DNA of 48,850 nt, the filler included, from Basidiobolus ranarum (Eukaryota), in the NCBI GenBank assembly GCA_040143965.1. It is 2 parts of 2 records of this genome, joined end to end, with 100 filler letters (N's around TTAATTAATTAA, not from the genome) between each part and the next. Parts side by side here need not be neighbours in the genome. Positions count along the whole stretch, not along the records: positions 24,511 to 48,850 come from JASJQH010000155.1; 1 more part is not named here. One strand, given 5' to 3'. Shown piece after piece: positions 24,729 through 37,109 of the stretch. The notes below the pieces were generated by a model. The model searched no databases. It worked only from the letters and a program-made list of their open reading frames with translations, and was not told the DNA's origin. Both the position numbers and the translations under genes were made by a program. Each line of letters begins with the position of its first letter. Position 1 is the stretch's first letter.

Positions 24729-25184
24729 CTATTCCTCATTACTTCCAGATGAGGAACCTACTGCAGGATGTGAGACTGACTGTAATTGTCTCATATATGA
24801 TTCCAGTTGTTCTTGAAGTTCATTTTCAATATCATTTTCTGATGAATCATTGGTGAGGCGATTTGATATTCTTCCAAATAAATTGAGCTTTCTACTTTGG
24901 CTTCTGATCACATTTTCAGATTCGATAGAGTTTTGCATCACAAGTTGATAACTATCTACAATATTTGTTTGATTGACTCTCCAAACCCAAGCTTTGGCTT
25001 GCATTTCGACGTATGGATTCCACCAATTATCAGCAAAGATGACTACTGACGCCATTTGCAAATTCAGTCCGTATGCCCCGCACCTTAGATTAATCAGCAT
25101 CACTTTTATCCCGTTGTCTGGCACTGCTTCTGCAAACTCCTTGATGCGAGCAACTCTGACTTTGACAGTAGTACTCCCTTGGAT
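24729..25184 (-). pseudogene. SNF2-family helicase C-terminal (HELICc) exon, decayed
   Basis: After acceptor ttatcacag: IQGSTTVKVRVARIKEF...VMLINLRCGAYGLNLQMASVVIFADNWWNPYVEMQAKAWVWRVNQ...YQLVMQNSIE (motifs V and VI). The first Arg of motif VI is replaced by Trp. No intact N-terminal part seen. Confidence 0.8.
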
Positions 25185-25195
25185 CTGTGATAAAA

Positions 25196-26003
25196 ATGCT
25201 AAAAGTAAACAGGTTTTTATAAAAAAATTGCTCACATTTGTAGTGCACATTGAGATATGTATAATCTTATAACCCCAATAAATTCAAATGTGAAATATCA
25301 TTGCAGGGAATGTGTTATATGCATGCCAAAAGGTAGTATGTTTTTAAAAAGAGACTCATATTTGTAGTGCGCGTCAAGGGATGAAAAGTTTTTGTAACCC
25401 CATTAAATTCAAAAGTAAAAAATATCATGATGTGGTCTAAGTTATATGCACACAAAAAGTAAAGAAATTTTTAAAAAGAGGCTCACATTTGTAGTGTGTG
25501 TTGAGGGATGAGCAGTCTTTGTAACTCTTGTAAGTCAAAGGCAAAAAATAATGATGTGGTATCAGTTATGCATATGCCAAAAGTAAATATGTTTTTAAAA
25601 TGAGACTCACATTTGTGGTGTGCATCAAGGGATGAGTGGTCTTTGTAACTCCTATAAAGTCAAAGGTAAAAAATAATGACGTGATATCAGTTATATGCAC
25701 ACCAAAAGTAAATATGTTTTTAAAAAGAGGCTTACATTTGTAGTGCACATTGAGGGATGAGTGGACTTTGTGACTCCTGTAAAGTCAGAGATACAATATA
25801 ATGATGTGGTAACAGTTATACACACTATGGAAGTAAACAAGTTTTTAAAAAGAGGCTCATGTTTATAGTGCACATTGATAGTCTATCACCAATGTAGCCC
25901 CTATAAAATCAGGGGCAATACATAAAGGCATGTTTCCAGTACTATGCAGCTTGAAAGTGAGTATGTTTTTGAAATTATAGTGGGTTCTGTTGTGTGCATT
26001 GCT
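25196..26003. repeat. ~125-bp degenerate tandem repeat array (about 6 copies)
   Basis: Anchor CTCACATTTGTAGTG-like recurs at ~25231, 25356, 25482, 25606, 25731, 25856. Confidence 0.93.
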
Positions 26004-26372
26004 TTTATTTATATTATTTAGAATACCTTAGTTACAAATACATCACATTTTATATAACTTTTTAAATTTGTAGCACCTTTGTGCTGCACTGGTTACACAG
26101 CCCAAAAGTTTATTTTAATGACTATTTTGTTGTTTTGTATATAAATAAACATATATGGAGCCTAGTGCTAGTGATACGTCAATATTTGTAAAACATGAGT
26201 AGAAAGCTTTTTATCAACACTTTCAATATTTCTAGATTTGTAATATAATTGTAATGTTTCCAATATTCACTTTCTTCATTATTTAATTTTGTAATCCTCA
26301 CAAAGTTTTTACTAATATTACTAATTCCCATATAATAGTGACTTGAGTATATTGTGATAGAAGGGTGTACAT

Positions 26373-26439
26373 GGGGATTGCATCCCCCAAACCCTCTGCT
26401 TTCTTTTTATACTGGGAGGACTGCATCCCCCAGACCCCC
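26373..26439. repeat. Two GC-rich imperfect hairpin motifs (GGGGA.TGCATCCCCCA.ACCC)
   Basis: ggggattgcatcccccaaaccc (26373) and gggaggactgcatcccccagaccccc (26414) in otherwise AT-rich DNA. Confidence 0.75.
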
Positions 26440-26578
26440 TCTTTTCATCCTTACCCTTACCAGAACATCTATACCCACTCGAGTAACAATACTGAATGTT
26501 GGGTAGTAAGATGATTTTATTGGACACCAGATATTAGAAAGAAAATAGAAAAAATGCCGTTTTCAAAGTAAATGTTAT

Positions 26579-26595
26579 CCCAACCCTAACCCTAA
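26579..26595 (+). repeat. Short interstitial telomere-like repeat (CCCAA-CCCTAA-CCCTAA)
   Basis: cccaaccctaaccctaa at the boundary between decayed repeat DNA and the GST locus. Confidence 0.6.
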
Positions 26596-26817
26596 GCTCA
26601 TCACTTTCCATTTGGATAAACAGTCATGTAAAGATATGTTATTATATTATGTGGCTTGTACAGTCCATTTGTGTTAGAAATTTTGAACGATCCTTTCTCG
26701 AGTTGTACAATGCAATCGTCAAACAAATCCAATCTAATCGCTCTTTCCTCCGCAGCCGTAAACTTCCTTATTTTATTGTCGAACCTTCTCATTCCGCACT
26801 CATTCTTCAATCTGATC

Positions 26818-27758
26818 ATGGCCGCTCTCCCTCAACCAACTCAGGCAAGCTCTAACCACCTTTCCGAGCTTACAAAGAACCCTGACTCGTCTTTCAAAGT
26901 CTTGTACTATCCTATACATGGAAGAGCAGATCTTATCCGAACAATTCTTGCCTATAGCAGAGCCAAATGGGAGGATCTTGCTTTCGTAAGAACGGCCTTC
27001 ATTTTTTTCTCCAGCTAAAATTAGTTTAGCTGCTGTTTTGACATATCATTTTTCCTTCTTCTTCCGGTGTATAAACATTCCTTTATTTCTCTTATTTATA
27101 ATTTATAGGACTGGCCAAATCAAAAGGAAAAAACCCCTTACAAATGCGTCCCGGTAGTGTATGAAGAAACAAAATCTGGTGAAGTGCTTCAGCTCGCCGA
27201 ACAGCAGGCGATTGAACGATACCTCGCTCGCAAGTTTGGACTGCTTGGTGAAAATGCCTGGGAAGAACACCAGATCAACGAGCTTTCATCCAGTATTGAA
27301 TCATTAAAAACGGCATTTTTGCAAAGTCTTGGCAGTGTTGCCTTCGAAAAGCGCGCCGAGGCGCATGCGAGCTTTGTCTTAACAAAATGGGCCGGATTTA
27401 AAGAGATTCACGAGGCGCTACTGATCAAGAATGGCTCTAATGGGCACTACATTGGCAACAAGGTTGGTATTTTGGTTTTCCACTAATCTTTTATAGTGTC
27501 TCTTTCTTACAACTCTTTGGTGATGTTTGTTATTTAATTCAGTTTTCTTTGGCTGATTTCAAACTCGCAAACACTATCCAGAGATTGGAAGAATGGGTAC
27601 CTGAAGGCGCTCAGCCGTTCCCTGTCTCCGCTAGTGCCACTCCGGCCATTTGGAAAGTGTACAAGGGTGTTAATAGTCACTCTTCTATTGCTACTTGGCG
27701 CAGCTCACCCTTCTATGAGGTGTTGAGTGAAGGAACAAGAAAAAAGCTCAAGATCTAA
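26818..27758 (+). CDS. Glutathione S-transferase, 3 exons
   Basis: FKVLYYPIHGRADLIRTILAY | DWPNQKEKTPYKCVPVVYE...LAEQQAIERYLARKFGLLG...NGSNGHYIGNK | FSLADFKL. Introns 26986-27108 and 27463-27542. Confidence 0.9.
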
Positions 27759-28173
27759 ATCACTGAATATATTAGTAGTGCAGACATCTGTTGGTAAATA
27801 CTTGTATATCAACGCACTTGCCAAAAAATAAAGTATAGCACGTTAACCTGAGCCAATAATATGTATAATTCAGCAATTCACTTGACTTTAACATAAATAT
27901 CTTAAAAACGAAAGGAAACCATAGCCATCTGAAAAGTTTAATAACAGAAGCTAAGGAGGAAATTCATCAACCCCTTGTGGCAACAGACTAGTATCAGCTT
28001 GAGATATTTTTAAAACAAATCAAACCAGCTCGTGCATTGTTATCTCGTTAATGTCTAGCTCTTCGTTCATGTTATCTAATCCAAGTAGTTTTGATTTATG
28101 TAGTTTCTAATTAAACAGTATAAAAATCCAATTCATTTTTTTGTTCCTTCCTAGTCAACTCACAAATACAACT

Positions 28174-29060
28174 ATGTCAGAACTCCCTCAACCAACTGTG
28201 GCAGATTCTGAGCATCTCTCCGAGCTCACCAAAAGTACCGATTCGTTCTTCAAAGTATTGTATCATCCTATACATGGAAGAGCGGAACTTATCCGAACCA
28301 TTCTTGCCTACAGTGGAGCCGAGTGGGAGGAGCTTGTTCTGGTAAAATAATTTCTATTTTAAAGTTTTTAATTGTTGAGGTAACACATTTACCTCTTTAA
28401 CGGTTTATAGGATTGGCCAAATCAAAAGGGAATGACTCTCTTTAAATGCGTACCAGTGGTATATGAAGTATTAAATTCTGGAGAAGTACTTCTACTCGCA
28501 GAACAGAAGGCGATTAAACGATACCTCACTCACAAGTTTGGACTGTTTGGTACGAATGCCTGGTAGGAACACGAGGTCAACAAGTATACGTCCAACATTG
28601 ATGCCTTTAAATTATTGTTCTTACAATACGTCACGAGGGTGCCTATTGAGAGACGTGCTGAGGTTTATGAAAATTTCATCTCGAAACATTGGGCCTCATT
28701 CGTAGAGATTCACGAAACGCATTTGGCCAAGAATGGCTCTAATGGACACTACGTCGGCGACAAGGTTGATATTTTGCTTCTGTCCTCTTTGTTTATGTTC
28801 AATCTTCCTCATGCCTCTTTCGCGGCATATGATTTTTCATTTAGTTTTCCTAGGCTGACTTCAAGCTTGCAAACGTTCTTCACAGACTCGAAGAATGGGC
28901 CCCCAGAGGTACCCAACAATCTCCAATATCCGCCACTACCGCTCCAGGTATTTGGAAGGTGTATGAAACTGTAAACAGTCACCTTAACATTGCTACCTGG
29001 TGTAGCTCCCCTTCCTATGAAGTACTCAGCGAAGGAACAAGAAAGATGTTTAAGATCTAA
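28174..29060 (+). pseudogene. Tandem GST paralog with in-frame nonsense codon
   Basis: Same exon structure as the upstream GST. TGG TAG GAA CAC at 28561-28572, where the paralog has TGG GAA GAA CAC. Confidence 0.82.
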
Positions 29061-29490
29061 ATTACTGAATTTAATTTGGGTTGCCGTTATCTGTAGGTTT
29101 TAAGATATGTACATTCAAAGAGATTTCCCACACTTTGAGCGTATTAGACTACACCAACCAAACAGTTATACCATCGAGAACGTTTATAACGATTATGATG
29201 TAAAAGCTAAGAGTCAGGAGAGATGTAATTGACTGCAAGTACTCCAATCCAAACGATATAAAAGTCGGCAGTAGAGGCAAGCCTTTCACATAGTAGCCAA
29301 GTTAATTAAAAGCCACGGGATAATTAGATGGATGAGTAAGCACAAAGTTTAGTGCAATATTGATATAAGCAGAACCACTCTTCTCTCAATGCTATTTATT
29401 ATGCTCTTGAGCACGTTGAGAAAATACTTCACATTTGTATAAAAGTTGACTGCTCTCTATTTCTATTCTCCATCGAAAACTTGACTCATC

Positions 29491-29904
29491 ATGAAGTGCT
29501 TCTCTCTTATTTTCATTCTTTCAATCATTGCCTTAGCATCCGGCTTGGTGGATATTCGATTCAGACAATCAATATTGAGTAAGCGACAAATAATGACTTT
29601 TACTGGCCATTAACTGACTCTTTGGTAAATTGCAGGACTTGAAAATACCCGTAGAAATACTGCTATACAACTCCCCTTCCCTCTAGGAAGATGTGAACGC
29701 GTGGACTTCGAACCAGTTAATAGGGCCAGTGTTACCCCAGGACGCTCAGTTCGCTTCGTAGAAGCAGTTTTGTATCATTCGCTATCCGACTGTTTCCGTA
29801 GACAGGACCCTATTGCCTTGGTTCCATCCGATCGTCGAGATGTATCTATTGAACGTAGAGGTAGACCTGTAAATGTGGGTGCAGTCTTCATTTCGGAACG
29901 TTAA
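29491..29904 (+). CDS. Small secreted Arg-rich protein (~118 aa), 2 exons
   Basis: Signal-like MKCFSLIFILSIIALASG; intron GTAAGC..ACTGAC..TGCAG (29579-29635) joins in frame to RLENTRRNTAIQLPFPLGRCERVDFEPVNR...FISER*. Confidence 0.75.
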
Positions 29905-30039
29905 CTCCATATGATGTGGAATTAACACGATAGCAGAAATTACAAGTGATCCCAATGAAATAAAAATCATTGATTTTACAAAATCAAGTCCCCATTTATC
30001 TATGCACTAAGATCATTATTACTTGCTCAATTAAAGAAT

Positions 30040-30756
30040 TCAAAGTGGTGATTTTGGAAATTCATCTAAAGTTAATTTAAGGGGAGTAAATAAGGGTCTA
30101 TATGTTGAATTATCACTACATAGCTCGTCCCAGCTAACCCAGCGCCATTCTGCACAGCAGTGCGGCTCCATTGCCTATTGAGAGTTTTGGGTTATTATAG
30201 GGTAGAGGCTAGTTTAATGTCATATGAATTGGGTACCTTTGGAATAGGATTTTCTTGTATACAAGTTCCTTTCATGAGTATCGAAACATAGTGCTCTTGG
30301 TGTTGTGGAACTATACTATTGACCACAGTAACTAACGAAACGTCTTTTAGCTCCAAGCCAGTTTCTTCATACGTTTCGCCTGTTTGTGAGTAAAAAATAA
30401 GCCATTAAACATTGAATATAGAAGGACAGAGGTTTATATACTACATACGAACAGCACCGGCTTGGAAACTTTCCCCAAATTCTAAATGGCCTATAGTAAG
30501 TTTGAATATACACTGTTCATATTTAAGAAAGTACTAGAGTAACTTCAAAAGAAAACTTACCACCAGGAATCTGCCACTCACCAAAACCTATCTTGCCAGG
30601 CTCTATTCTCTTACCGACAAGAAACTTCCCAGTTGTAGGATGACTTACAAAAGCACCGATACCAACTTTAACTGTGGAAGCTAGTGGAGTGTTTATGGAG
30701 CTATTAGCTCGAATAAAACTGGTTGGAAATTTCAATTTGTTTAGCAGAGCACTCAT
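30040..30756 (-). CDS. Nudix hydrolase (NUDT15/MTH2-like), 4 exons
   Basis: VKVGIGAFV...FLVGKR...WQIPG|GHLEFGESFQAGAVR|ETYEETGL (Nudix box)...HYVSILM...MEPHCCAEWRWVSWDEL...RPLFTPL. Confidence 0.88.
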
Positions 30757-31141
30757 TGCTTGGTGCAAATTTTCAAACTCACATTTAAAGTAGCAGCTCT
30801 TAGATAATCTAGTTATTCATAGCTAATCAGAAGTTAGCATAGATTATTAGGTGGTACAGGTTCAAGCCACTTAGGGTTAGCCACCAACAGATCCTAGCTA
30901 ATATCTTCAATAGCAATCAGTTATGTGTTGGTCTGCATATTTATTATACATTAATATTCGCTAGTGATCTACATGAGACTTGGGAAAAGGAAAGGAAGTA
31001 GATGATTTGATGTATGAAAAAGGAAATTGAAAGAGGCACTTGCTAAAGCAAGCTCAGGTAAAAACCTAGTAATAACTTTTCCAATTGTCTATATTATTTA
31101 TCGTGAAACTATATGGAACAGTTGGGTGCATCAACACCAAC

Positions 31142-32522
31142 TTAACGACTCTTCTTCTTCATCCATTTCTTTTCCTTTTGGAATCGACCTCCAGACTTAC
31201 GGCCAGATTGTGAGCCACCGTCAATCATTCCGTCGAAGAGCTTGCTTGTGTTGTTGTCAGCATGTCTCATACGCTTTCCAATGGCCTAAAAATGAATGTT
31301 AATGCCAGGTTCGTGCAGATATAGCTTACGTTCATATGTACCTGAGGAGGACCAGAGTGATCGTCGTCATCTTCATCATCCTCGTGAAGCTGTTGTCTGG
31401 TCTTCTTTCTCTTCAGAAGGCTAAGTGAATCCTTCTCTTGTTCTTCGACTGCTTGAATACCAGCGAGGTTGGTGAAGTCATTAAGATGTTCGAATTCATC
31501 TTCGAAGCGTTTGACACCGCCCTTTCTTATCTTGTTGAGGTCCTTCTTAGACAATGTCATACGGATGAAGTTCTCTTCTTCGTAAGTTTCTCTCTCCTTC
31601 ATCTTTCTATCGTCTTCGTTCGACATTCCGATACCCTCATTAATTCCACTGTAAGCATTAACCTCCTCTGGACGATCGTCATATTCAGCGATAAGATCCT
31701 GCATCATACGAGACTTGGAAGCTCTTTGAAGAAGACGAGCTTGCTCACGATCTTGTCTAGACTTAGCTGTTGAGCCCTCATCGAAATGAACAGGAGCCAA
31801 CTTAGGTGCTCTATATAAACCAGAGCTAGCGGCCTCTTCCTCTTCTATAAAATGATTGATAACCAGTTAGCAAACGATCGACACAAACAATCAGGTGCAT
31901 AGACAATCCAATGAATACCTTCTTTAGATTTGGCATTTTTATCAACCAGATTCTGTGGGTTAGGCTTGAAAGCGAAGGGATCACTAATTCCACCCTTTCC
32001 AGCTTCCTCATTAAGACCCTCAATACCAATGGTAGCTGCACGTACAAGTTTATCAATTTGATATTTGAGTTTCTGTTCGACTGGTTTCATCTTTTCCAAA
32101 ATTACTCGAAGTTGAATAAGATCGTCGATAACTGCGTGGTTTTCCACCGATTTTCCATCAAGCTTGAGATAGATAAAGAAGGCGATATTGGTGAGATATT
32201 GAAGTAAAATATCTAGTAAAAATAAAGTTAGGACTAAAGGGTTTAATCGGACTCGGTAAAGAAAACTCCAATAACTTACGATATTTTACATCGAGAAAAC
32301 TGACACCCTTTTCGACGGGAAGTTCATTTTTGACGACTCTAAGAAAGTTGAACATCACTGTAAATATCAAGTACACTAACATCTCGGTTATTTTCATAGG
32401 AAAAGGAAAGCTTACTTGGACTGTAATGGGTTGACTTGTTTCTTGACCTCTTGAATAACAGACTTCAAATCGCCAAGGATTTGAACGAATTCAGAAGTTT
32501 GTGGATGAACTTCCAAGGTCAT
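31142..32522 (-). CDS. LCP5: Lcp5/neuroguidin (Sas10/Utp3/C1D family) U3 snoRNP protein, multi-exon
   Basis: KGVSFLDVKY, LRVILEKMKPVEQKLKYQIDKLVRAA, DPFAFKPNP, GLYRAPKLAPV, YEEENFIRM; basic C-terminus. Confidence 0.9.
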
Positions 32523-34204
32523 GGTGTATATAACTTGATACAATTGAGACTAGTTAGTAACCAACGATATAGTATTGACTTTTTACCTCAACTCGCTTAT
32601 TTTTTTTTTCTGTTCTAATTGGACTTTTTTTTCAACCATGGTTAATTAAATCCAGATTCTAAAATGGAATAAGACCATCTATGTATTCCATATCGAGATA
32701 TTACGGAATGTGACAATGTGGTTTAATTTAGTCTTGATCTTGTCAAAACTTGAATTAAATGACGATGACAATCCAGCAAATGCAAAAAGCCGAGAAATCG
32801 TCAGTTAGTCACTGATTCGAGTTTAAACCTGAATAAAACAATATTAGCAATGTGGCGGCAACAATAAAGCACATCAAATTACTGTAGTGCTAGTTGGTTA
32901 ATATGAGAGCAGCGTCACCATTCAACGAGCTCGTATGACCCCATGCGACTGATAAATGTATTTGTACTGTATCGTTCTCCAGATACAATCCAGTTTGTTA
33001 ATCTCTTCTACATGTGTAACAAGTTAACGTTACATGTCAGCAGCGAGAAAGGTCGATCGTGGACTCTAGCAAATGACAGATATATTAACCTGAATTCCCT
33101 CGTTCGCTGTTCATTTCGCTTATCTGTTACGTCTAGTTATTTCGATCATGACGAGAAAGTCCAATTTAGCTATTAATACTCAATATCTTCATCTACATCA
33201 ATCTATACTTTTTTGACGGTCGAGGAATGTTCTCACCACCCCCACATGATAATAAAAGTTCTAATCATCCGAAACCGGTAAGAACAAGAAGCTCGGGTTC
33301 AATGGTATACTGTGTGCGGTGCATCGTGTATCGCATATGGTGTACTGAAAACCAAATCTCTTACTCTCTGTCGTGGGAACAGGTCAGTGGTGATGCACAT
33401 TTACTCAGTTTGTGGGACAAAGTCACTGGCATTGCTTTTCATTGGGCTGGGATGAGTTCACATGAGCTACTCACCTTCTTTGACCAGATTCGTATTGAAA
33501 TAAGCAAGAGAAGACGTTTAAGCTCATGTGTGTGAAAACTAGACAGCTTCTGATTAATGGAATTATGAGGGGCTATTCTCCACGGATATAATTTGCATTA
33601 GGTCGGCTCTTTTATGAAACTTGCAGTCGGCTAAATACTGGAGTACAAGCTATATCTCATATGATGGACATGTTCAAACCTTCACATCTGCTCACAAATG
33701 TAGTAAATCAATGCCACATCTACAGAATGGGAGTTCCACCTCATCTCCTACAGTGCGGTACTTCGGCAATACAGTGAGAAACTAACAAACCGTGACAGAC
33801 GACACGAAACTCAGATTATCAAGCATATGAAGCCCGGCAACTCAATCAACCATCTACGTTAATCACCCTATTTATCGAAAAATGCGGTGATTTATCAGCG
33901 AATATTTGAAGGCACTAGGTTCCTGAATCCAGTTGTAGATAATTTACAAATCAACCAACTGCCTTGTCTCGGAGGCAGACAATCGCGGATGGAAAATTCC
34001 ACCAATCTAGACCTGGGCTGCTCAAAGTGGACTCTTCAGTCCAAAGCGTATGCTATGTTAGTCCTTGGATGGAATTGATATCGTCGCGCAAGGGGATGGG
34101 GTGAGCGCTTAATCATTGGGTAAGTCTAATATCTGTTGATCGCTTGATCACTTAATCATACGAACCTAATGAGGGCAAGCGATTCGTAAATAAAGATCCT
34201 ATGT

Positions 34205-34295
34205 CGCTCTGTGATTGGCCATTCTAATCAACTTTTGTGAATCCTTCCTTTTGGGTGAGTGTTTTGTATGGGGAGGGGTTAGTATATAAGGAAAG
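34205..34295 (+). promoter_or_regulatory. Putative ACS core promoter: inverted CCAAT box and TATA box
   Basis: GATTGG at ~34213 and TATATAAG at 34283, about 130 nt upstream of the ATG. Confidence 0.45.
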
Positions 34296-34411
34296 GAGAT
34301 TCTCTGTTTGCTACTCAGGCCCCCACAACCTCATCGTTTTATATATCGTTCAACTCAAACCAGAGTAATCATCACTTCTCTCCTCGTCTCTTATACAATT
34401 TACTGATAATC

Positions 34412-36493
34412 ATGGTCATTGTCGAGCAAGCTGTTCATCCTAAATTCGATCTTAAAGACGATAAGCACAAACAATACAATGAAGCCTCGGAACATCAATC
34501 AAAGACTCTCCCCGAAGGTTTCTCGGACCCTGACCCCATTCATCCTGTTCCCAAGAAACTAAGGGACCCCAAATACCCTACTCCTCACTTTAGTTCTCTG
34601 GAGCAGTACAAGGCCGCGTATAAACAAAGTATTGAAGATCCAGATACTTACTTTGACAAACTTGCCAAGGAGCTTCTCCACTGGTTTAAGCCTTTCGAAG
34701 CCGTTCGATCCGGCTCTTTCCACGAAGGTGATGTTTCCTGGTTCCATGATGGAGAGATTAATGCATGCTATAACTGTGTCGATCGTCACGCTTTGAAAGA
34801 TCCCAACAGAGTTGCCATTATCTACGAACAAGACGAGCCAGGAACTGAAGCTCTTAAGATCACTTATCAAGAGTTGTTGCGTGAAGTTTCTCGTCTGGCC
34901 AACTTATTCCAATCCTATGGCTTGAAGAAGGGTGACACCGTTGCTATTTATTTGCCTATGGTTCCCGAGGCCGTGATCTCTATGTTAGCTTGCGCAAGAA
35001 TTGGACTTGTTCATAATGTTGTGTTTGCTGGATTCTCAGCAGAATCATTAGCTGAACGTATTCAAGATGCCTCTTGCAAACTTTTGATTACTTGCGATGA
35101 GGGCAAACGTGGTGGAAAGGTTGTTCACACCAAGAAGATTGCCGATGAAGCAGTAAAGATCTGCCCTACCATCCAAAGAGTTCTGGTAGTTCAGAGAACC
35201 GGTAATCCTGATATCACTTTGGATTCCTCACTCGAAGGTTGGTGGCACGTGGAGTTACAGAAGGCTCGCCCCTACTGTGTTCCCACTCCTATGCACCCCG
35301 AGGATCCTTTATTCTTACTTTATACCTCTGGCTCTACTGGTAAACCTAAAGGTGTTCTTCATACTACTGCTGGATACTTACTTGGAACCACTGCCACCGT
35401 GAAATATATCTTTGATCTTCACGAGGGTGACGTCTTTGGTTGTATGGCTGATGTCGGATGGATCACTGGACATTCCTACATTGTTTATGGTCCTCTTTCC
35501 AACGGTGTAACCACTGTTCTCTTTGAATCGATTCCTACTTATCCTGATGGAGGTCGTTACTGGGACTTGGTCTCTAAGCACAAACTCACTCAATTCTACA
35601 CTGCCCCCACTGCTATCAGAGCATTGAGAAGACTAGGGGATCAATTTGTTGAAGGTTATGACCTTTCTTCATTGCGTGTGATTGGAAGTGTCGGTGAGCC
35701 CATTAACCCTGAGGCTTGGAACTGGTACAACACTGTCGTCGGTAAGGGCGAGTGTGCTGTTGTGGATACCTACTGGCAAACTGAGACTGGATCCATTATT
35801 GTTACTCCGTTACCTGGTGCCATCGCTACCAAACCTGGAAGTGCCACTTTACCCTTCTTTGGTATCGATGTTGTTATCTTGGACCCACATACCGGCCAAG
35901 AACTTGAGGGCCTTGATGTTACTGGTGTCTTAGCAGTTAGAAACCCCTGGCCATCTATGGCACGTACCATCTATAATGATCATCAACGTTATTTGAATAC
36001 ATATACTCGTGCTTATCAGGGTTATTACTTCACTGGCGATGGTGCTACTCGTGATAAAGATGGCTACATCTGGATTCGTGGACGTGTTGATGATGTTATC
36101 AACGTATCTGGACATCGTCTTAGTACGGCCGAGATCGAATCCGCTCTCATTCTTCATGAGGCCGTTGCTGAGGCAGCAGTGGTTGCGATGAACGATGATT
36201 TGACTGGACAAGCCATTTGTTGCTATATTACAGTCAAACCCGAGTTCGTTCAAGAAGAAGATGCTGTAATTATTAAAGGATTGGTGGGTGCTATTCGTAA
36301 GCACATTGGACCTTTTGCTACCCCCAAGAAAATCTTTATTGTTCCTGACCTTCCCAAGACTAGAAGTGGTAAAATTATGCGTCGTATTTTGAGAAAGATC
36401 GTCGCTGGAGAAGCTGACTCTCTTGGTGATTTAAGTACCGTTGCTGATCCTGGCATCGTTGAGGTCTTGATTAACAAAGTTGCTGGTAATTAA
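34412..36493 (+). CDS. ACS: Acetyl-CoA synthetase (AMP-forming), intronless
   Basis: Motifs [59 protein letters not shown]. Confidence 0.97.
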   Translation: MVIVEQAVHPKFDLKDDKHKQYNEASEHQSKTLPEGFSDPDPIHPVPKKLRDPKYPTPHFSSLEQYKAAYKQSIEDPDTYFDKLAKELLHWFKPFEAVRSGSFHEGDVSWFHDGEINACYNCVDRHALKDPNRVAIIYEQDEPGTEALKITYQELLREVSRLANLFQSYGLKKGDTVAIYLPMVPEAVISMLACARIGLVHNVVFAGFSAESLAERIQDASCKLLITCDEGKRGGKVVHTKKIADEAVKICPTIQRVLVVQRTGNPDITLDSSLEGWWHVELQKARPYCVPTPMHPEDPLFLLYTSGSTGKPKGVLHTTAGYLLGTTATVKYIFDLHEGDVFGCMADVGWITGHSYIVYGPLSNGVTTVLFESIPTYPDGGRYWDLVSKHKLTQFYTAPTAIRALRRLGDQFVEGYDLSSLRVIGSVGEPINPEAWNWYNTVVGKGECAVVDTYWQTETGSIIVTPLPGAIATKPGSATLPFFGIDVVILDPHTGQELEGLDVTGVLAVRNPWPSMARTIYNDHQRYLNTYTRAYQGYYFTGDGATRDKDGYIWIRGRVDDVINVSGHRLSTAEIESALILHEAVAEAAVVAMNDDLTGQAICCYITVKPEFVQEEDAVIIKGLVGAIRKHIGPFATPKKIFIVPDLPKTRSGKIMRRILRKIVAGEADSLGDLSTVADPGIVEVLINKVAGN

Positions 36494-37109
36494 ATAGTAA
36501 TAACCAAAGCAACTGTACTCAACAACTTCAATTCCTTAACATATCATGCACACATTTAAATAATCCCAATTCATTACGATTCATCTTACCAGTTTGCAAC
36601 TGTTGTAATTATCGAAGTATTCAATAAAATTCATTTCATTTGCCATATTCGCTCTGTTCGCCCTATTCACTATATTCATTTGCTGTATTTAGCAACACCA
36701 TTGACTTTCCTAGCTTACTTTACACTTTATCTTTCAAACTCCATAAATACTCCCTCGCCCCCTCAATGAACTGAACACGTGGCAAGTTTAAATTGATCTA
36801 CGTGGATAAACCTTACAATGCAATACAACTGATTGAATATAGTATAGAATGCTCTAAGCCACAAAGTTCTATATATACTTATCATCGGCTGATATCTGAT
36901 GTTCTATCCGAAGAGATAATGATCTAATCCAAGCAATATAAAGATTTGATTTGTGTGTTACGCATTAAATTAAATGTCTAAAAGTTAATCAATGAATTAA
37001 ACCAATATTAACGATCTTGAATAAATTTCTAATTCTTGAAGATTGCTCAAAGTTATTCTACTTGACAAACACTTTCGTCTAGTCCTCACGTACTCCAGTC
37101 AGCCCCAAC

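Noticed and set aside
21469-25184. Formin disrupted by insertion of the SNF2 segment
   Set aside because: The junction is an assembly gap at the low-complexity FH1 region, so adjacency is unproven.
25196-26003. CRISPR-like array
   Set aside because: Whole units are homologous with no unique spacers, the context is eukaryotic, and there are no cas genes.
28564-28566. Genetic-code reassignment or pyrrolysine at the GST TAG
   Set aside because: TAG serves as a normal terminator in other genes here (for example at 1934-1936 and in LAS1).
34412-36493. Intronless ACS as a bacterial horizontal transfer
   Set aside because: The protein looks like a fungal-type ACS, codon usage matches host genes, and other host genes in the window are also intronless.
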